From NCBI GenBank assembly GCA_015228815.1, contig JADGCV010000006.1, positions 1,723 to 65,722 on the forward strand: 64,000 bases of DNA, read 5' to 3'. The first letter of the stretch is position 1. The number at the start of each line of letters is the position of its first letter. The translations under genes and the position numbers were made by a program. The notes under the pieces were generated by a model. That model was not told where the DNA came from and ran no database searches. It saw only the letters and a list, made by a program, of their open reading frames with translations. This DNA is from Magnetococcales bacterium. Its GTDB lineage: Bacteria; Pseudomonadota; Magnetococcia; Magnetococcales; UBA8363. Below are positions 8,443 to 17,823 of this stretch, piece by piece.

Positions 8443-8503
8443 AGACCCATCCTGATGACTATAAAGACCACAAACACCACGACCGAAAAATCCAGCCCGC
8501 TCA

Positions 8504-8962
8504 TCACGGCCACTGGTTCTCACCCGCATCGGTATAACCGCCATCATTGTCGGCATCGTGAAAACGCGCCCCGGTCGAAGCCAGGGCCAGTTTGCCATCG
8601 TTTGCCTGCCCCAGAAGAGGGGTGGCCTCGACGACAAAACAGGTGGCGACCGGACAGGCAGTGCCCAGAACGGTCGCCGCATTGGCCGCGGAAAGAATCG
8701 TCGCCGAATAATACCCCTCATCGGAGGTCTCCGGATCGGTCAATCCCAGAGACGACATGCTGCTGGTATAGGTCATGTTTTCCGTAAACCAGCGTTCCTG
8801 AAGATTGGCGACATGCAACAACAGGCCCTTGCCGTCCGAACGTCGCCCCTTGATAACCGACTCCATGTAACTGGGAACGGCCACGACGGCAAGGATCGTC
8901 ACCACCGCCAGGACCATCATCAGTTCGATCAGTGTAAAACCGCTCTTCACGTTTTGTTTCAT
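8504..8962 (-). CDS. pilE: Type IV pilin-like protein (PilE-type)
   Basis: MKQNVKSGFTLIELMMVLAVVTILAVVAVPSY is a class III (prepilin) signal plus a hydrophobic N-terminal helix. ATG confirmed at 8962. It is the last gene of the minor-pilin operon. Confidence 0.85.
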   Translation of the reverse strand: MKQNVKSGFTLIELMMVLAVVTILAVVAVPSYMESVIKGRRSDGKGLLLHVANLQERWFTENMTYTSSMSSLGLTDPETSDEGYYSATILSAANAATVLGTACPVATCFVVEATPLLGQANDGKLALASTGARFHDADNDGGYTDAGENQWP

Positions 8963-9005
8963 TGAAATAATGTCATCCTTGTTGTGACCGAACCAACAGG
9001 CCCGA

Positions 9006-12000
9006 TCAATCGAATTCGATCTCCCGCCAGGACACCCGGCCATTGGGTGGCGAAGGGAGGGTGATTTGCGTCCGGATCAACGATCCGGTGGACATCTGGG
9101 TCACGACCGTGGGATTGGATGAGCCACTGCCATAATGGATCACCGGCGTCGATGCAATACCGGTCCCCAGGCTGATCGATCCCTGGACGATTTCATGATC
9201 CACCCCGCCATCGTTCAGGGTATAGGTGCCCATCGACGCCGCCGGACAGGCGGTTCCGGTCGCATAACACAACGCATTCAAAGTGCTCGTCCCCTCGGCG
9301 GAACATGTGTCGGTCGGCGGGGTATACAGGGAAAACAGCGCCAGGCGTTCAACCTGCTTGATCTGTGACAGGCTCCGTTCACTGGGATTGCCGCCATTCA
9401 CGGTAAAACTTCTGTACCATCCGTCCTTGGTGCCGATGAGCGTTTCAAGATCGGTATAGGTCGTCACCCCGGTCAGGACACTACCGATGTCCAGTACCTC
9501 TTCGTCGGAATCGACCAGAACGCCGCTGACGTTTTGCACATTGGCCGAGGCGATCTCGCCAATGGTTTGCGGTTCCTTGAGACCGTAGAGAACCTGTTGG
9601 CCCGAAGTCGAATTGTCCGAGGTGGTCCACAAACGACCCGTTCCCGCCACAAGCCAACGGTCGCCATTGGCGTCCCGCACCGCCAGGGGACGCGCATTGA
9701 ACGGCTTGTCCGGATTGAAAAAGGAGGAGACCGACGGACTGAGCCAATCGCTGAACTCCATGCGCAACAACCGTCCCGTCTGACTCAGGTCCAACGAATC
9801 ACGGCCATCGGTACCCAAATAGACCGAGTCGGTCACAAAATCATGATTCCAATCGACCGCGACGACATTGGGAACAAAACTGTTGGCGATACCATCGCTG
9901 CCAACGGTCGAAAGATCCAGAGGACCGAATCCCGTCTTCCAGGTTTTATTCACCAGGTCATAGGCATAAAGGCGGGCACTCTGCGACGCGGTAACCCCGG
10001 CAAGCTCCGTCGGCCCCGAGCCGAAGATCAGGAGCCAATCATTGTCGGTCGGGTTGTACCAGTTGCCATCCGATCCCGGACTCCGGCGTACCGCCACAGC
10101 GGGTTGACTGACGGTAAAACCCAGGGCGGAATCGGTCAATTCAGCCATCAGTTTCGGCGGCGCCTCGGGATTGGTGATGTCCATCACCACATAGGCGGAT
10201 CGGGTCTCGGGAGTGCCATCATTGTCGATGTCCAACGCCCCACCCCCCAGACGCATCCCCGCCACCAACACCGTGCCCCATCCTCCGGGATGATCCTCAT
10301 CCTCGGTAAAAATCCGGGCGTCGAAAACAACCGGGGAATCATCCATATAATAGACATGCTGGTAGCTCATCTGGGTGAGCCATTTCAGGTGCGGCAAAAG
10401 ATTGAACGGGGCATAGGCCCAGAGTTCATCGCCAAGGGAATGCTGTTGCAGGCTGCCCTTGGACGTTTCGAAGGTTTTGGTCGATTCGTTCCAGAATCCG
10501 GCGTTGAACGCATGCAGCATCCCATCGTTGGCCCCGACATAGACCACCTGGCGGCGCGCGGCATAATAGGTATGAAAAGCCCGGTAACTGGCATCGTTAT
10601 AAAGGGTATCATAGCGAACCCCATACGTTTCCCCCGGCGCCGCCACCGCCACCGGGGTCGAATGAATGATGTCCCCCAGACGCCATACCTTCTCGCCACT
10701 GCCATCATAATTGAGGGTGCGGGTTCGATAGCCGCTGATCTCCTCCCCCCGGATAAAATTGACAATGTTGGCCGCCTCGGCGGAGGTCGATGCCTGCAAA
10801 TAATAATAATTGGCCGAATCGGCAAAGTGCGCGGCATCGAAATCGACCTGTTCACCCGTATCGACCGTGCCATTGCCATTGGCATCAAGCCAGGTGGTGA
10901 TGTAACGTCCACTGATGGCCGGTTGCGTCAGGTAATCGCGTTGCGTCGTCACAGTGCTCACCTGGGCCAGAAGATCACGGGCATCCCAAATCGGACGCAG
11001 CTGCTCGATATTGACATCCTCATAGGTCGCCGAGGTGGTATCACAATCCGCCGGGGTCGTATACCGCCTGATCTTCGTCACCTGGTCGGTCGTATCATAG
11101 GTCAGATCGATGATCGGATCGACCAGGCAATCATCCAGAACCCCGTCGGCATCACCATCCTCGCGAAAACGGCTGTTGGAATCGATGAACAGGGCATGGA
11201 GCGTCCCGCCCCACTGAATCTGCTTGCCATCGGAGTTCATCTCCGGATAATAGAGCGCCTGGTAGACACCGCCGATCCCCGAATAACTGTTGGCAACCAC
11301 CGCCGCCGCCGTTCCCGAACTGACCCGTTCCATGATGTCGTAAAAGGCCTGGGTCAACCCCTCCACCAGCGCCTCGGGATCGCTCGCCAGGACATAGTTG
11401 TCCGGAGTGCCATCACCATCGGAATCCCAATCGGAAGTCTGGCCCGGTTGTGTCCCGCCTCCGGAAAAACCACCATATTTTCCCGCCAGCCACAACATGT
11501 TCATGGTACCGGTCAACGGAGTCGCATTGTATTCCTGGGTATCGACCATGAAGGTGGTGATGGTCTGGTCTCCCGTCAGGTCGGACCGAAGGTCCTGGGT
11601 GTGGGCATAATAGGCCAGGCCGGCAATGTAATAAGAGTTTTCCTTGGATGTATAAGGACAGGTGCCAAACACCTCGCCCAGGGCATTGATGGTCTTGTTG
11701 GTCGCGCTCATGTCACAACTGGTCGCGGTGCAACCGATACACTGGGAGGTTCCCGTCAACCCTTCCAGGTCGCCGACCGTGTTGGTCAGGGTCTTGACAT
11801 CGATGTCGGCGTCGGCATTGGAAGGGCTGCCATAATCGGAGGTGTCCTGCCCCAGGGAACGCAGACCAAAATAACTGCCACTGGTCTGTTTCGTCCCCGG
11901 CAACTGCTTGTCGAGCCAGGGATTGGCGTCGTTGATTCCCAATATAAAGTTTTTCTGACAGGAACTGGTGATCGGATCCTCCCAGGTCGTCAGTACCGGA

Positions 12001-13151
12001 AACCCATCCTTCTGGGCATCCGTCAGACCCGATGAATATTCACTCGTCGGTCCCCGGTTCTTGAAATAATTGATGCATTCGTAAAACAACTCGCCGATCG
12101 GATCATAGGACTTATAACCATTGGAACCAAACTTGTTCAGATAATTGATGACTCCTGAATTGCCCACGCCGCTGGCCAGGGTCACCTGGTCGGGATTGTC
12201 CACAAAAATGCCATCGGTACCGAACTCGGCATAGGGATTGATTTCCAACCCCCCTCCCGAGGCGGGACGGTAGGGACCGACATATTTCATATTGGCCCGC
12301 AACACCCCCCCATCCCGCGATTGGGAACTGTCGGTGGTATAACTCATCAGGGCAAAACGCATCCGGTAGGCATTGTCCTGGATCAATCCCTGCGGCTTGT
12401 AATAAGCACCATAATCGACGCAGTTGTCTTCCACGCTGACTCCGGTATCGCATACCTTCACCCGGACATACAGATTGGCCGCCTTCTGACTCCCCCCCCA
12501 ACTGGTCCCGAAATCCACCTGATAGCCATGATTGTAGATATAAATCTTGCTGTCAGTGTAGGGGGTGACCGTGGAGGGCGCGACGTTGCTGCTGGCGGTG
12601 ATCATCTTCACCGGATACCAGGAGTCCCCTTTGCTCAATCCCATGTTCGTCCGTTCCAGCACCGTCAGCGCGGTGGTATCGGTCTGCCGGTTGCCCCCGG
12701 TCAAGGCCCAACGAAATTCATCGATGGCGGTCATGGTCGCCCAGTTGAGAAAATTGCCGCTCCATTGACCTGAACATTGGTGGGAAGAGGCCGCAGAAGC
12801 GGGTTCGAAACGGCTGTTGACGTAGGTATAACACTTGTCGGGATCGAAATAGCCAATATACTGGCTCGAATTAGAATAACAAATCCCCACGGTGCCCCCG
12901 CCATCGGTGATCCGCCCGCTGCAACTGGCGCCATCGGGCTGGTCGTTGTAGGCCGCCCCCTGCATCGGTGTCTCGACCGAAAGGTTCAACATGACATTGG
13001 GATCGACCTGCTCCGGCATGGTCGGTGGCCAGGCGCTGTAATCGGCATTCGCGGCGCCATGAGCCTTCCCAGCCACACCAGCCAGTACGAACAACAACAT
13101 CCAGAGCAGCACCTTTCCGTTCCCGTGCTTTGAATCAATCAGTCGGTTCAT
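9006..13151 (-). CDS. pilY1: Type IV pilus tip adhesin / assembly protein PilY1 (about 1381 aa)
   Basis: It has a signal peptide (LLWMLLFVLAGVAGKAHG) and the hallmark VYVGANDGMLHAFNA block. Several DxDxDG-type Ca-binding-like loops are present (DSDGDGTPD, DIDNDGTPE, DANGNGTVD). Its position between pilX and pilE fits. The tracked start at 13169 is TTG; the ATG at 13151 is preferred. Confidence 0.85.
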   Translation of the reverse strand: MNRLIDSKHGNGKVLLWMLLFVLAGVAGKAHGAANADYSAWPPTMPEQVDPNVMLNLSVETPMQGAAYNDQPDGASCSGRITDGGGTVGICYSNSSQYIGYFDPDKCYTYVNSRFEPASAASSHQCSGQWSGNFLNWATMTAIDEFRWALTGGNRQTDTTALTVLERTNMGLSKGDSWYPVKMITASSNVAPSTVTPYTDSKIYIYNHGYQVDFGTSWGGSQKAANLYVRVKVCDTGVSVEDNCVDYGAYYKPQGLIQDNAYRMRFALMSYTTDSSQSRDGGVLRANMKYVGPYRPASGGGLEINPYAEFGTDGIFVDNPDQVTLASGVGNSGVINYLNKFGSNGYKSYDPIGELFYECINYFKNRGPTSEYSSGLTDAQKDGFPVLTTWEDPITSSCQKNFILGINDANPWLDKQLPGTKQTSGSYFGLRSLGQDTSDYGSPSNADADIDVKTLTNTVGDLEGLTGTSQCIGCTATSCDMSATNKTINALGEVFGTCPYTSKENSYYIAGLAYYAHTQDLRSDLTGDQTITTFMVDTQEYNATPLTGTMNMLWLAGKYGGFSGGGTQPGQTSDWDSDGDGTPDNYVLASDPEALVEGLTQAFYDIMERVSSGTAAAVVANSYSGIGGVYQALYYPEMNSDGKQIQWGGTLHALFIDSNSRFREDGDADGVLDDCLVDPIIDLTYDTTDQVTKIRRYTTPADCDTTSATYEDVNIEQLRPIWDARDLLAQVSTVTTQRDYLTQPAISGRYITTWLDANGNGTVDTGEQVDFDAAHFADSANYYYLQASTSAEAANIVNFIRGEEISGYRTRTLNYDGSGEKVWRLGDIIHSTPVAVAAPGETYGVRYDTLYNDASYRAFHTYYAARRQVVYVGANDGMLHAFNAGFWNESTKTFETSKGSLQQHSLGDELWAYAPFNLLPHLKWLTQMSYQHVYYMDDSPVVFDARIFTEDEDHPGGWGTVLVAGMRLGGGALDIDNDGTPETRSAYVVMDITNPEAPPKLMAELTDSALGFTVSQPAVAVRRSPGSDGNWYNPTDNDWLLIFGSGPTELAGVTASQSARLYAYDLVNKTWKTGFGPLDLSTVGSDGIANSFVPNVVAVDWNHDFVTDSVYLGTDGRDSLDLSQTGRLLRMEFSDWLSPSVSSFFNPDKPFNARPLAVRDANGDRWLVAGTGRLWTTSDNSTSGQQVLYGLKEPQTIGEIASANVQNVSGVLVDSDEEVLDIGSVLTGVTTYTDLETLIGTKDGWYRSFTVNGGNPSERSLSQIKQVERLALFSLYTPPTDTCSAEGTSTLNALCYATGTACPAASMGTYTLNDGGVDHEIVQGSISLGTGIASTPVIHYGSGSSNPTVVTQMSTGSLIRTQITLPSPPNGRVSWREIEFD

Positions 13152-13178
13152 GGATCGTCCCTCCCGCAATGCACCGGG

Positions 13179-14168
13179 TCAGTCGCATGTGATCCAGTAG
13201 GTGTCATTTGTTTCCATATCGTCCCAATCATCGGGACGGTTGTTGTTGCATTCGGTGTTCGTACAACAACCCGCCTGCCCCGAATAGGCCCTCCTTCCCG
13301 TCCCGTTCCAATATTTCTTGCACAGACAATTATAGACCGAAGTGGTCGTGGTCGTCGTCGGAATCGAGGTCGTCGTCGTGGTAGAGGCGACGGAAGTCGT
13401 TGTGGTCGTCGCGATGGAGGTCGTACTGGTCGAGGTCGTGGTCGCGACCGAGGTCGTCGTCGTCGAAGTGGTGGTGGCAACGCTCGTCGTGGTGGTCGAG
13501 GAGGTCGTGCTGGTGGTCGTGGACGAGGAGGTCGTCGTCACTCCGGGCAGGGTATTGGGATCGCAAATGGCGCAGGTCGGATCCACGGTCCGGGTCACGG
13601 CATAGGTGGACTGAAGCATGACCCGGGCATCGTCGGTTCCCCCGGTCCCCAGAGCGGTGATCCGATACATGCGCTGGGGCAGATCGGTCCACCCCGGATT
13701 GGCCTCCCTCCAGGTTTTCGAACCATATTCGCACAAATCCTCGATGATATACTTCGGGACCGTCAGGATTCCCCCCACCTCGACCGGATAACTCCGATGC
13801 CGCGTGGTGGTGTTCCAAACGTCCAGGGTGGCATCGGTCCAACGGGGCGCGGTCGGGCAGGCCTGGGTACAATAGCCATCGATACAGGTCGCGCTGAACA
13901 CCGGATGGGACGATTCCACCTCCCGTTCCCCGGCCAACAGCGCTGCCTCGGCGGCATGGAAGGCCATTTGCCGGTCACGGCTGTTGCGCACCATCCCCTC
14001 TTCAAGCGAGGTCGTGTTCATGGCACTGACGCCGATGAGCGTCAGTACCGTCAGCAGGATCATGGCGATGAGAAAGACCGAGCCCCGCTCGCCCTCCTCC
14101 ATTCCACGAATGACCGCGCCCAGAAACCACCTGGCGGGTGCGTGTCTTGTTCTCGGCCTGGTCACCAT
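13179..14168 (-). CDS. pilX: PilX-like minor pilin with Thr/Ser-rich linker and Cys-rich C-terminal module
   Basis: PilX N-terminal signature: SVFLIAMILLTVLTLIGVSAMNTTSLEEGMVRNSRDRQMAFHAAEAALLAGE. ATG confirmed at 14168. The C-terminal third is a ~68-aa T/S tract followed by a 7-Cys tail. Confidence 0.75.
   Translation of the reverse strand: MVTRPRTRHAPARWFLGAVIRGMEEGERGSVFLIAMILLTVLTLIGVSAMNTTSLEEGMVRNSRDRQMAFHAAEAALLAGEREVESSHPVFSATCIDGYCTQACPTAPRWTDATLDVWNTTTRHRSYPVEVGGILTVPKYIIEDLCEYGSKTWREANPGWTDLPQRMYRITALGTGGTDDARVMLQSTYAVTRTVDPTCAICDPNTLPGVTTTSSSTTTSTTSSTTTTSVATTTSTTTTSVATTTSTSTTSIATTTTTSVASTTTTTSIPTTTTTTSVYNCLCKKYWNGTGRRAYSGQAGCCTNTECNNNRPDDWDDMETNDTYWITCD
13338..13541 (-). repeat. 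In-frame low-complexity tandem repeat encoding a poly-Thr/Ser tract inside pilX
   Basis: The plus strand is almost entirely GTC/GTG/GGT/CGA triplets. On the minus strand this translates to TTTSSSTTTSTTSSTTTTSVATTTSTTTTSVATTTSTSTTSIATTTTTSVASTTTTTSIPTTTTTTSV, with a recurring TTTTSVATTTS-like unit. Confidence 0.8.
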
Positions 14169-14185
14169 GACATTGCCATGATCGT

Positions 14186-15268
14186 TCAATTTCGCAGTTG
14201 AATCGTTGTTCCCGCCACCTTGCGAACCTTGAAGTCGGAAGGATGGGTCACCACCGTGCCGGAAACGCCGATGTCGGTTCCGGCGATCGTATAGGTCGTC
14301 GTATCCAATCCGGAACGGACCGGATCGCTGGTGCGAAACAAAAGTCCCAGGCGGACCGTGACGACATTGGACCAATCCGCCGCCGCTTCGACGACCGCCG
14401 CCGTCACATATTGGTTGGCAATGCCATCGGCATCGGTGTCACGGCCATAAAGCACCTGAAGGTTTTCCACCCCATCCACCAATTCCGCGGCGCTGCTGGA
14501 ACTGGCGCCATTGAGAACCTCCCAGAACAAGGCCGGTTCGCCACTGGCCCCGGTGCCAATATAGAACGCCACCGCCCGAAACCTGGCAAGAAAAGCATCG
14601 GGACCATACTCGTACCAGGAGGTCGAACACGAACCGCCACAATCACCGCCAAGACATTTGGTCGAATTGCCGATCGAACCGGTTCCGGTATTGTGGACAA
14701 TGGTCTGGTTGGCCGGGTTGACGTTGGTAATCTGGAAAATGGCCCCCTGGGTGCAGTCGGTCACGAAAACAATCTCATCATCGAGCAGATCGTGACTCTG
14801 GGCAATCTTGAACTGGGCGGAACAGGCATTGTGGGATTCGATGGTGAACGGATCGGGATCGAGTCCCGACACCACGAGCGCATCGGTACCGGTCCATGCC
14901 TCGGCCTGGAAGGCGGCGGGAAACGAGGCCAGGTCGCTGTTGTCGTAACCGCGGATTCTGTCATTGAAGGCCCATTCATAATTGTTCGGCGTCACCAGGA
15001 CATTGATGGGCGAGACATCGGAAGTACATCCCCAATACCCCGCCATGGCGATTTCCCGCGACATGAGTTCCAGCGCAAACCGGGCATTTTCCTGCAACCG
15101 TGCCAGATTGGAATTAAGCTGGTAGGTTTGCCGGGTGCTGGAAAAGACCTTCAACAAGCCGGTCAGGAGAATCAAACCGATCGTCAGGGCGATCATGAGT
15201 TCGATCAGTGAAAACCCGGTCTCGCCGCGAGCCGATGCACGATGCCCTCGTGAAAACAGGATGCTCAT
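14186..15268 (-). CDS. pilW: Type IV pilus minor pilin PilW
   Basis: GFSLIELMIALTIGLILLTGLLKVF prepilin N-terminus and QENARFALELMSREIAMAGYWGC block. ATG at 15268 overlaps the pilV stop (ATGA). Confidence 0.85.
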   Translation of the reverse strand: MSILFSRGHRASARGETGFSLIELMIALTIGLILLTGLLKVFSSTRQTYQLNSNLARLQENARFALELMSREIAMAGYWGCTSDVSPINVLVTPNNYEWAFNDRIRGYDNSDLASFPAAFQAEAWTGTDALVVSGLDPDPFTIESHNACSAQFKIAQSHDLLDDEIVFVTDCTQGAIFQITNVNPANQTIVHNTGTGSIGNSTKCLGGDCGGSCSTSWYEYGPDAFLARFRAVAFYIGTGASGEPALFWEVLNGASSSSAAELVDGVENLQVLYGRDTDADGIANQYVTAAVVEAAADWSNVVTVRLGLLFRTSDPVRSGLDTTTYTIAGTDIGVSGTVVTHPSDFKVRKVAGTTIQLRN

Positions 15269-15765
15269 ATCTCCGTCCTCAGCGAAAACGTCGTGTATTC
15301 GGTGACTTCATTGCTGCGATTGTCATCCCAGCGCACATTGATGACAAACAAATTTTCAAGTCCGCCTGAATCGATGGCGACGATTTCACCATCCCCCGAC
15401 GGGAGCAGTTGCGCCAGATCGTCCTTCCACTGAGCCAGATCGTAGGTCACCATCTGCGCCGGGGTACAGGAGACGGCGGCACAGTCAAGCACCGAGGTGA
15501 CCGCAACATCAAGCTGGGCCGCATAGGCACCGTTCAGCGCCAACGTGCGGTTGGCGCGCATCCGCTCCAGAATATCGCGTGACAGAAAAAGCGCCTGACT
15601 GCGCAGATGAGAACTGTACACCTGTTTGATCGCCCCCAGTTGCAACCGGGCCAGTCCGAGCAGACCGATCGACAGGATGACGAGGGTAATCATGATCTCA
15701 AGGAGGGAAAACCCGGAATTTTTTTTCCCCCCATGGTCAGAACGCCGGGCACGGATCATGGACAT
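15265..15765 (-). CDS. pilV: Type IV pilus minor pilin PilV
   Basis: GFSLLEIMITLVILSIGLLGLARLQ N-terminus. Size (166 aa) and operon position fit. Confidence 0.85.
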   Translation of the reverse strand: MSMIRARRSDHGGKKNSGFSLLEIMITLVILSIGLLGLARLQLGAIKQVYSSHLRSQALFLSRDILERMRANRTLALNGAYAAQLDVAVTSVLDCAAVSCTPAQMVTYDLAQWKDDLAQLLPSGDGEIVAIDSGGLENLFVINVRWDDNRSNEVTEYTTFSLRTEI

Positions 15766-16325
15766 GAGAGGGCGCTCCCATCGATGTCTTCCACGATTCC
15801 ATCCGAATCGGTATCCCGTGCCCTGACCACGCGCCCCATCGCCACAACATTGAGCCCGCGGGCATTGGTTGCTCCCCGGGAATCACAAAGAGTCCATGTA
15901 CCCGAATAATCCAGGCTGAACCCGCGCGAATCGAAGAGAATCCGATCACTGGCACTGCCACCCGTCCGATTGAAACGAAGCGTCGTATTGCCCGCGAGTT
16001 CGGGCGTGGATTTGACCACCGCCCCCTGGGCCAGGGTGATCCAACCGTCCTCCCAGTTGCCGCCGCAGGAGGCCCCATCACTGGAACTGCACACCGTGAC
16101 GGAGGTCTGTCTTCGGATCGCCTCGGCCCGGGCAAACTGCAAGGAACCCAGCAGTTGATTGAACTGGCTCGCCAGGCGATTGTCGTTGAGTATGGAAGTA
16201 AGAAAGGGAGAGGCGGAGGAAACCAGGATGGCCACGATGGCCAGGACAATGAGAAGTTCGATCAGGGTATACCCCCCTACCCCATTGAATCGGATTGCCT
16301 CTTTGTGAATGCCGACACGTGCCAT
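15756..16325 (-). CDS. fimT: GspH/FimT-family minor pilin
   Basis: Start at MARVGIHKE (ATG confirmed at 16325). GYTLIELLIVLAIVAILVSSA N-terminus followed by the LLGSLQFARAEAIRR block typical of FimT/FimU. It is the first gene of the operon. Confidence 0.75.
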   Translation of the reverse strand: MARVGIHKEAIRFNGVGGYTLIELLIVLAIVAILVSSASPFLTSILNDNRLASQFNQLLGSLQFARAEAIRRQTSVTVCSSSDGASCGGNWEDGWITLAQGAVVKSTPELAGNTTLRFNRTGGSASDRILFDSRGFSLDYSGTWTLCDSRGATNARGLNVVAMGRVVRARDTDSDGIVEDIDGSALSCP

Positions 16326-16476
16326 TGTCTTGCGCCATGAAATTGATTCATCACCAGTTTTCTTCCCATCCATGTTCGACCGTTATGGATTGATCATAGG
16401 CACAAACGGCACCGGGAGCAATACATGATTGCCCCCGGGAAACAAATGACCAGCGATCATTGGCACGGACATTCCG

Positions 16477-17334
16477 TCAGGAGAACAACACCGCCGACAT
16501 GCGCGAACGATAGGTTGCAACCAGGGAATGCCCCGGTCCCAACATGTCGAAGGTACTCAGAAGGGCCTTTTTTGCCGCTTCGTCAGCAAATTTTCGGTCC
16601 TTGCGCAGAACTTCCAGAAACTGATCCATTCCCATGTCATACCGTTCCAGACCCACCAGGGCCTGACCATAACGGATGCGGGCGTCCAGGTCATCCGGAT
16701 CCGCCGCCACGCGCTGCCGTAAGGCATCCAGATCACCCTCGGCCCCGGCAAAGGCAAGACGGGCCTTCAATCGTACCGCCTCGGGAAGCATCCGTCCTTT
16801 GGAGTCAAGCCGGGAAAAAAATTCGCGACCCCGTTCCGTCTCCCCCCGTTCAAGACAGATCCGTGTCAGCAGGAGCAGCGATGGGGCATGCCGGGAATCG
16901 ATGTCCAGTGTTTGCAGACACAGAACCATTGCCCGATCGACCTCGCCCGCCGCCATCAGCCCTTCCGCCTGAACCGCCGCCCGATCGGCAGGGGTCGGAA
17001 TGGCGCGATCAAGAAACTGGCGGATCGCTGTTTCCGGCAATGCCCCGGTAAATTCATCCTTCAACTGCCCATCCACAAACAGTTTGACCGCGGGAATCCC
17101 CTTGACCCCCCATTGGCGCGCCAGGCGTTTGTTCCGATCCGAGTCAATTTTTGCCAAAATGAACCGGCCACCCATTTCCCGCGCCAGTTTTTCCAGGATC
17201 GGCCCCAGAATGCGACACGGACCACACCAGGAAGCCCAGAAATCAACCAGAACCGGTGTGTCCAACGAACGACGCACCACCTGATCCTCGAACGTCGATT
17301 CATCGACATCCATCACCCATTGATGTTCATTCAT
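16477..17334 (-). CDS. Thioredoxin domain protein with C-terminal TPR-like domain (YbbN/CnoX-like architecture)
   Basis: Start at MNEHQWVM (ATG confirmed at 17334). VLVDFWASWCGPCRILGP active site. The helical-repeat C-terminal half is about 180 aa. Confidence 0.85.
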   Translation of the reverse strand: MNEHQWVMDVDESTFEDQVVRRSLDTPVLVDFWASWCGPCRILGPILEKLAREMGGRFILAKIDSDRNKRLARQWGVKGIPAVKLFVDGQLKDEFTGALPETAIRQFLDRAIPTPADRAAVQAEGLMAAGEVDRAMVLCLQTLDIDSRHAPSLLLLTRICLERGETERGREFFSRLDSKGRMLPEAVRLKARLAFAGAEGDLDALRQRVAADPDDLDARIRYGQALVGLERYDMGMDQFLEVLRKDRKFADEAAKKALLSTFDMLGPGHSLVATYRSRMSAVLFS

Positions 17335-17456
17335 GCGCAACCTCGAATACAACCGCCCCCGGGGGCAAGAAACAAACTTTTTATTATTGTATGAAACGTT
17401 TGGAAGATTGAGCACCATCTTCGATTCTGCCAACCACCAAAGACCATCCTTTCAGG

Positions 17457-17681
17457 TCAATGCGGGAAGAATGACTTGAAAATAAGCGTAATGATGCCAC
17501 CAACGGTGATTGCAGCACCCCATTTAAGTGGAGCCAACTCAATCTGTAAATCACATTTGGTGACGAGTTCATCTTTCGCCCTGGCAATAACGCGAATCAC
17601 CTCCTCCGCTTGTGCCTCTGGGAATCCGGCGGCTTTAAGCCGGTCTACCAGTTCCAGGGTGTCAAAGGTGACGGTGGTCAT
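17457..17681 (-). CDS. Small DUF1640-like protein with C-terminal membrane anchor (74 aa)
   Basis: MTTVTFDTLELVDRLKAAGFPEAQAEEVIRVI followed by a hydrophobic tail GAAITVGGIITLIF. The family call is from recollection of similar small proteins. Confidence 0.5.
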   Translation of the reverse strand: MTTVTFDTLELVDRLKAAGFPEAQAEEVIRVIARAKDELVTKCDLQIELAPLKWGAAITVGGIITLIFKSFFPH

Positions 17682-17823
17682 GACGAATTCTCCGGAGAAG
17701 CAAGTGACGGACGACTACAGCGTACCACAACACAATGCCGAATTTGAAAAAAATTCCGTTTGACACACACTTGCCATCAGGGGGGCACCCCAGGGACTGA
17801 GCCTGAGAACATGTTACAATCCA

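Noticed and set aside
8334-8513. The 13-bp direct repeat TCATCACGGCCAC interpreted as att-site-like target duplication flanking a mobile element.
   Set aside because: The two copies flank only the 167-bp spacer, not the lower-GC triad, and no integrase or transposase is present. I kept it only as a low-interest note within the spacer finding.
8143-8787. A 214-aa plus-strand ORF bridging the end of the triad, the intergenic hairpins and pilE.
   Set aside because: It overlaps two better-supported genes and a hairpin-rich spacer. Its translation is Pro/Arg/Thr/His-rich and featureless.
13342-13605. Val/Glu-rich ORFs on the plus strand (MVVVVVGIEVVVVVEATEVVVV...), and the idea that the 13338-13541 repeat could be a CRISPR-like or non-coding array.
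   Set aside because: These ORFs are the mirror image of the Thr/Ser codon repeat within pilX. The repeat is strictly triplet-periodic, in frame with PilX, and has no spacer/repeat alternation.
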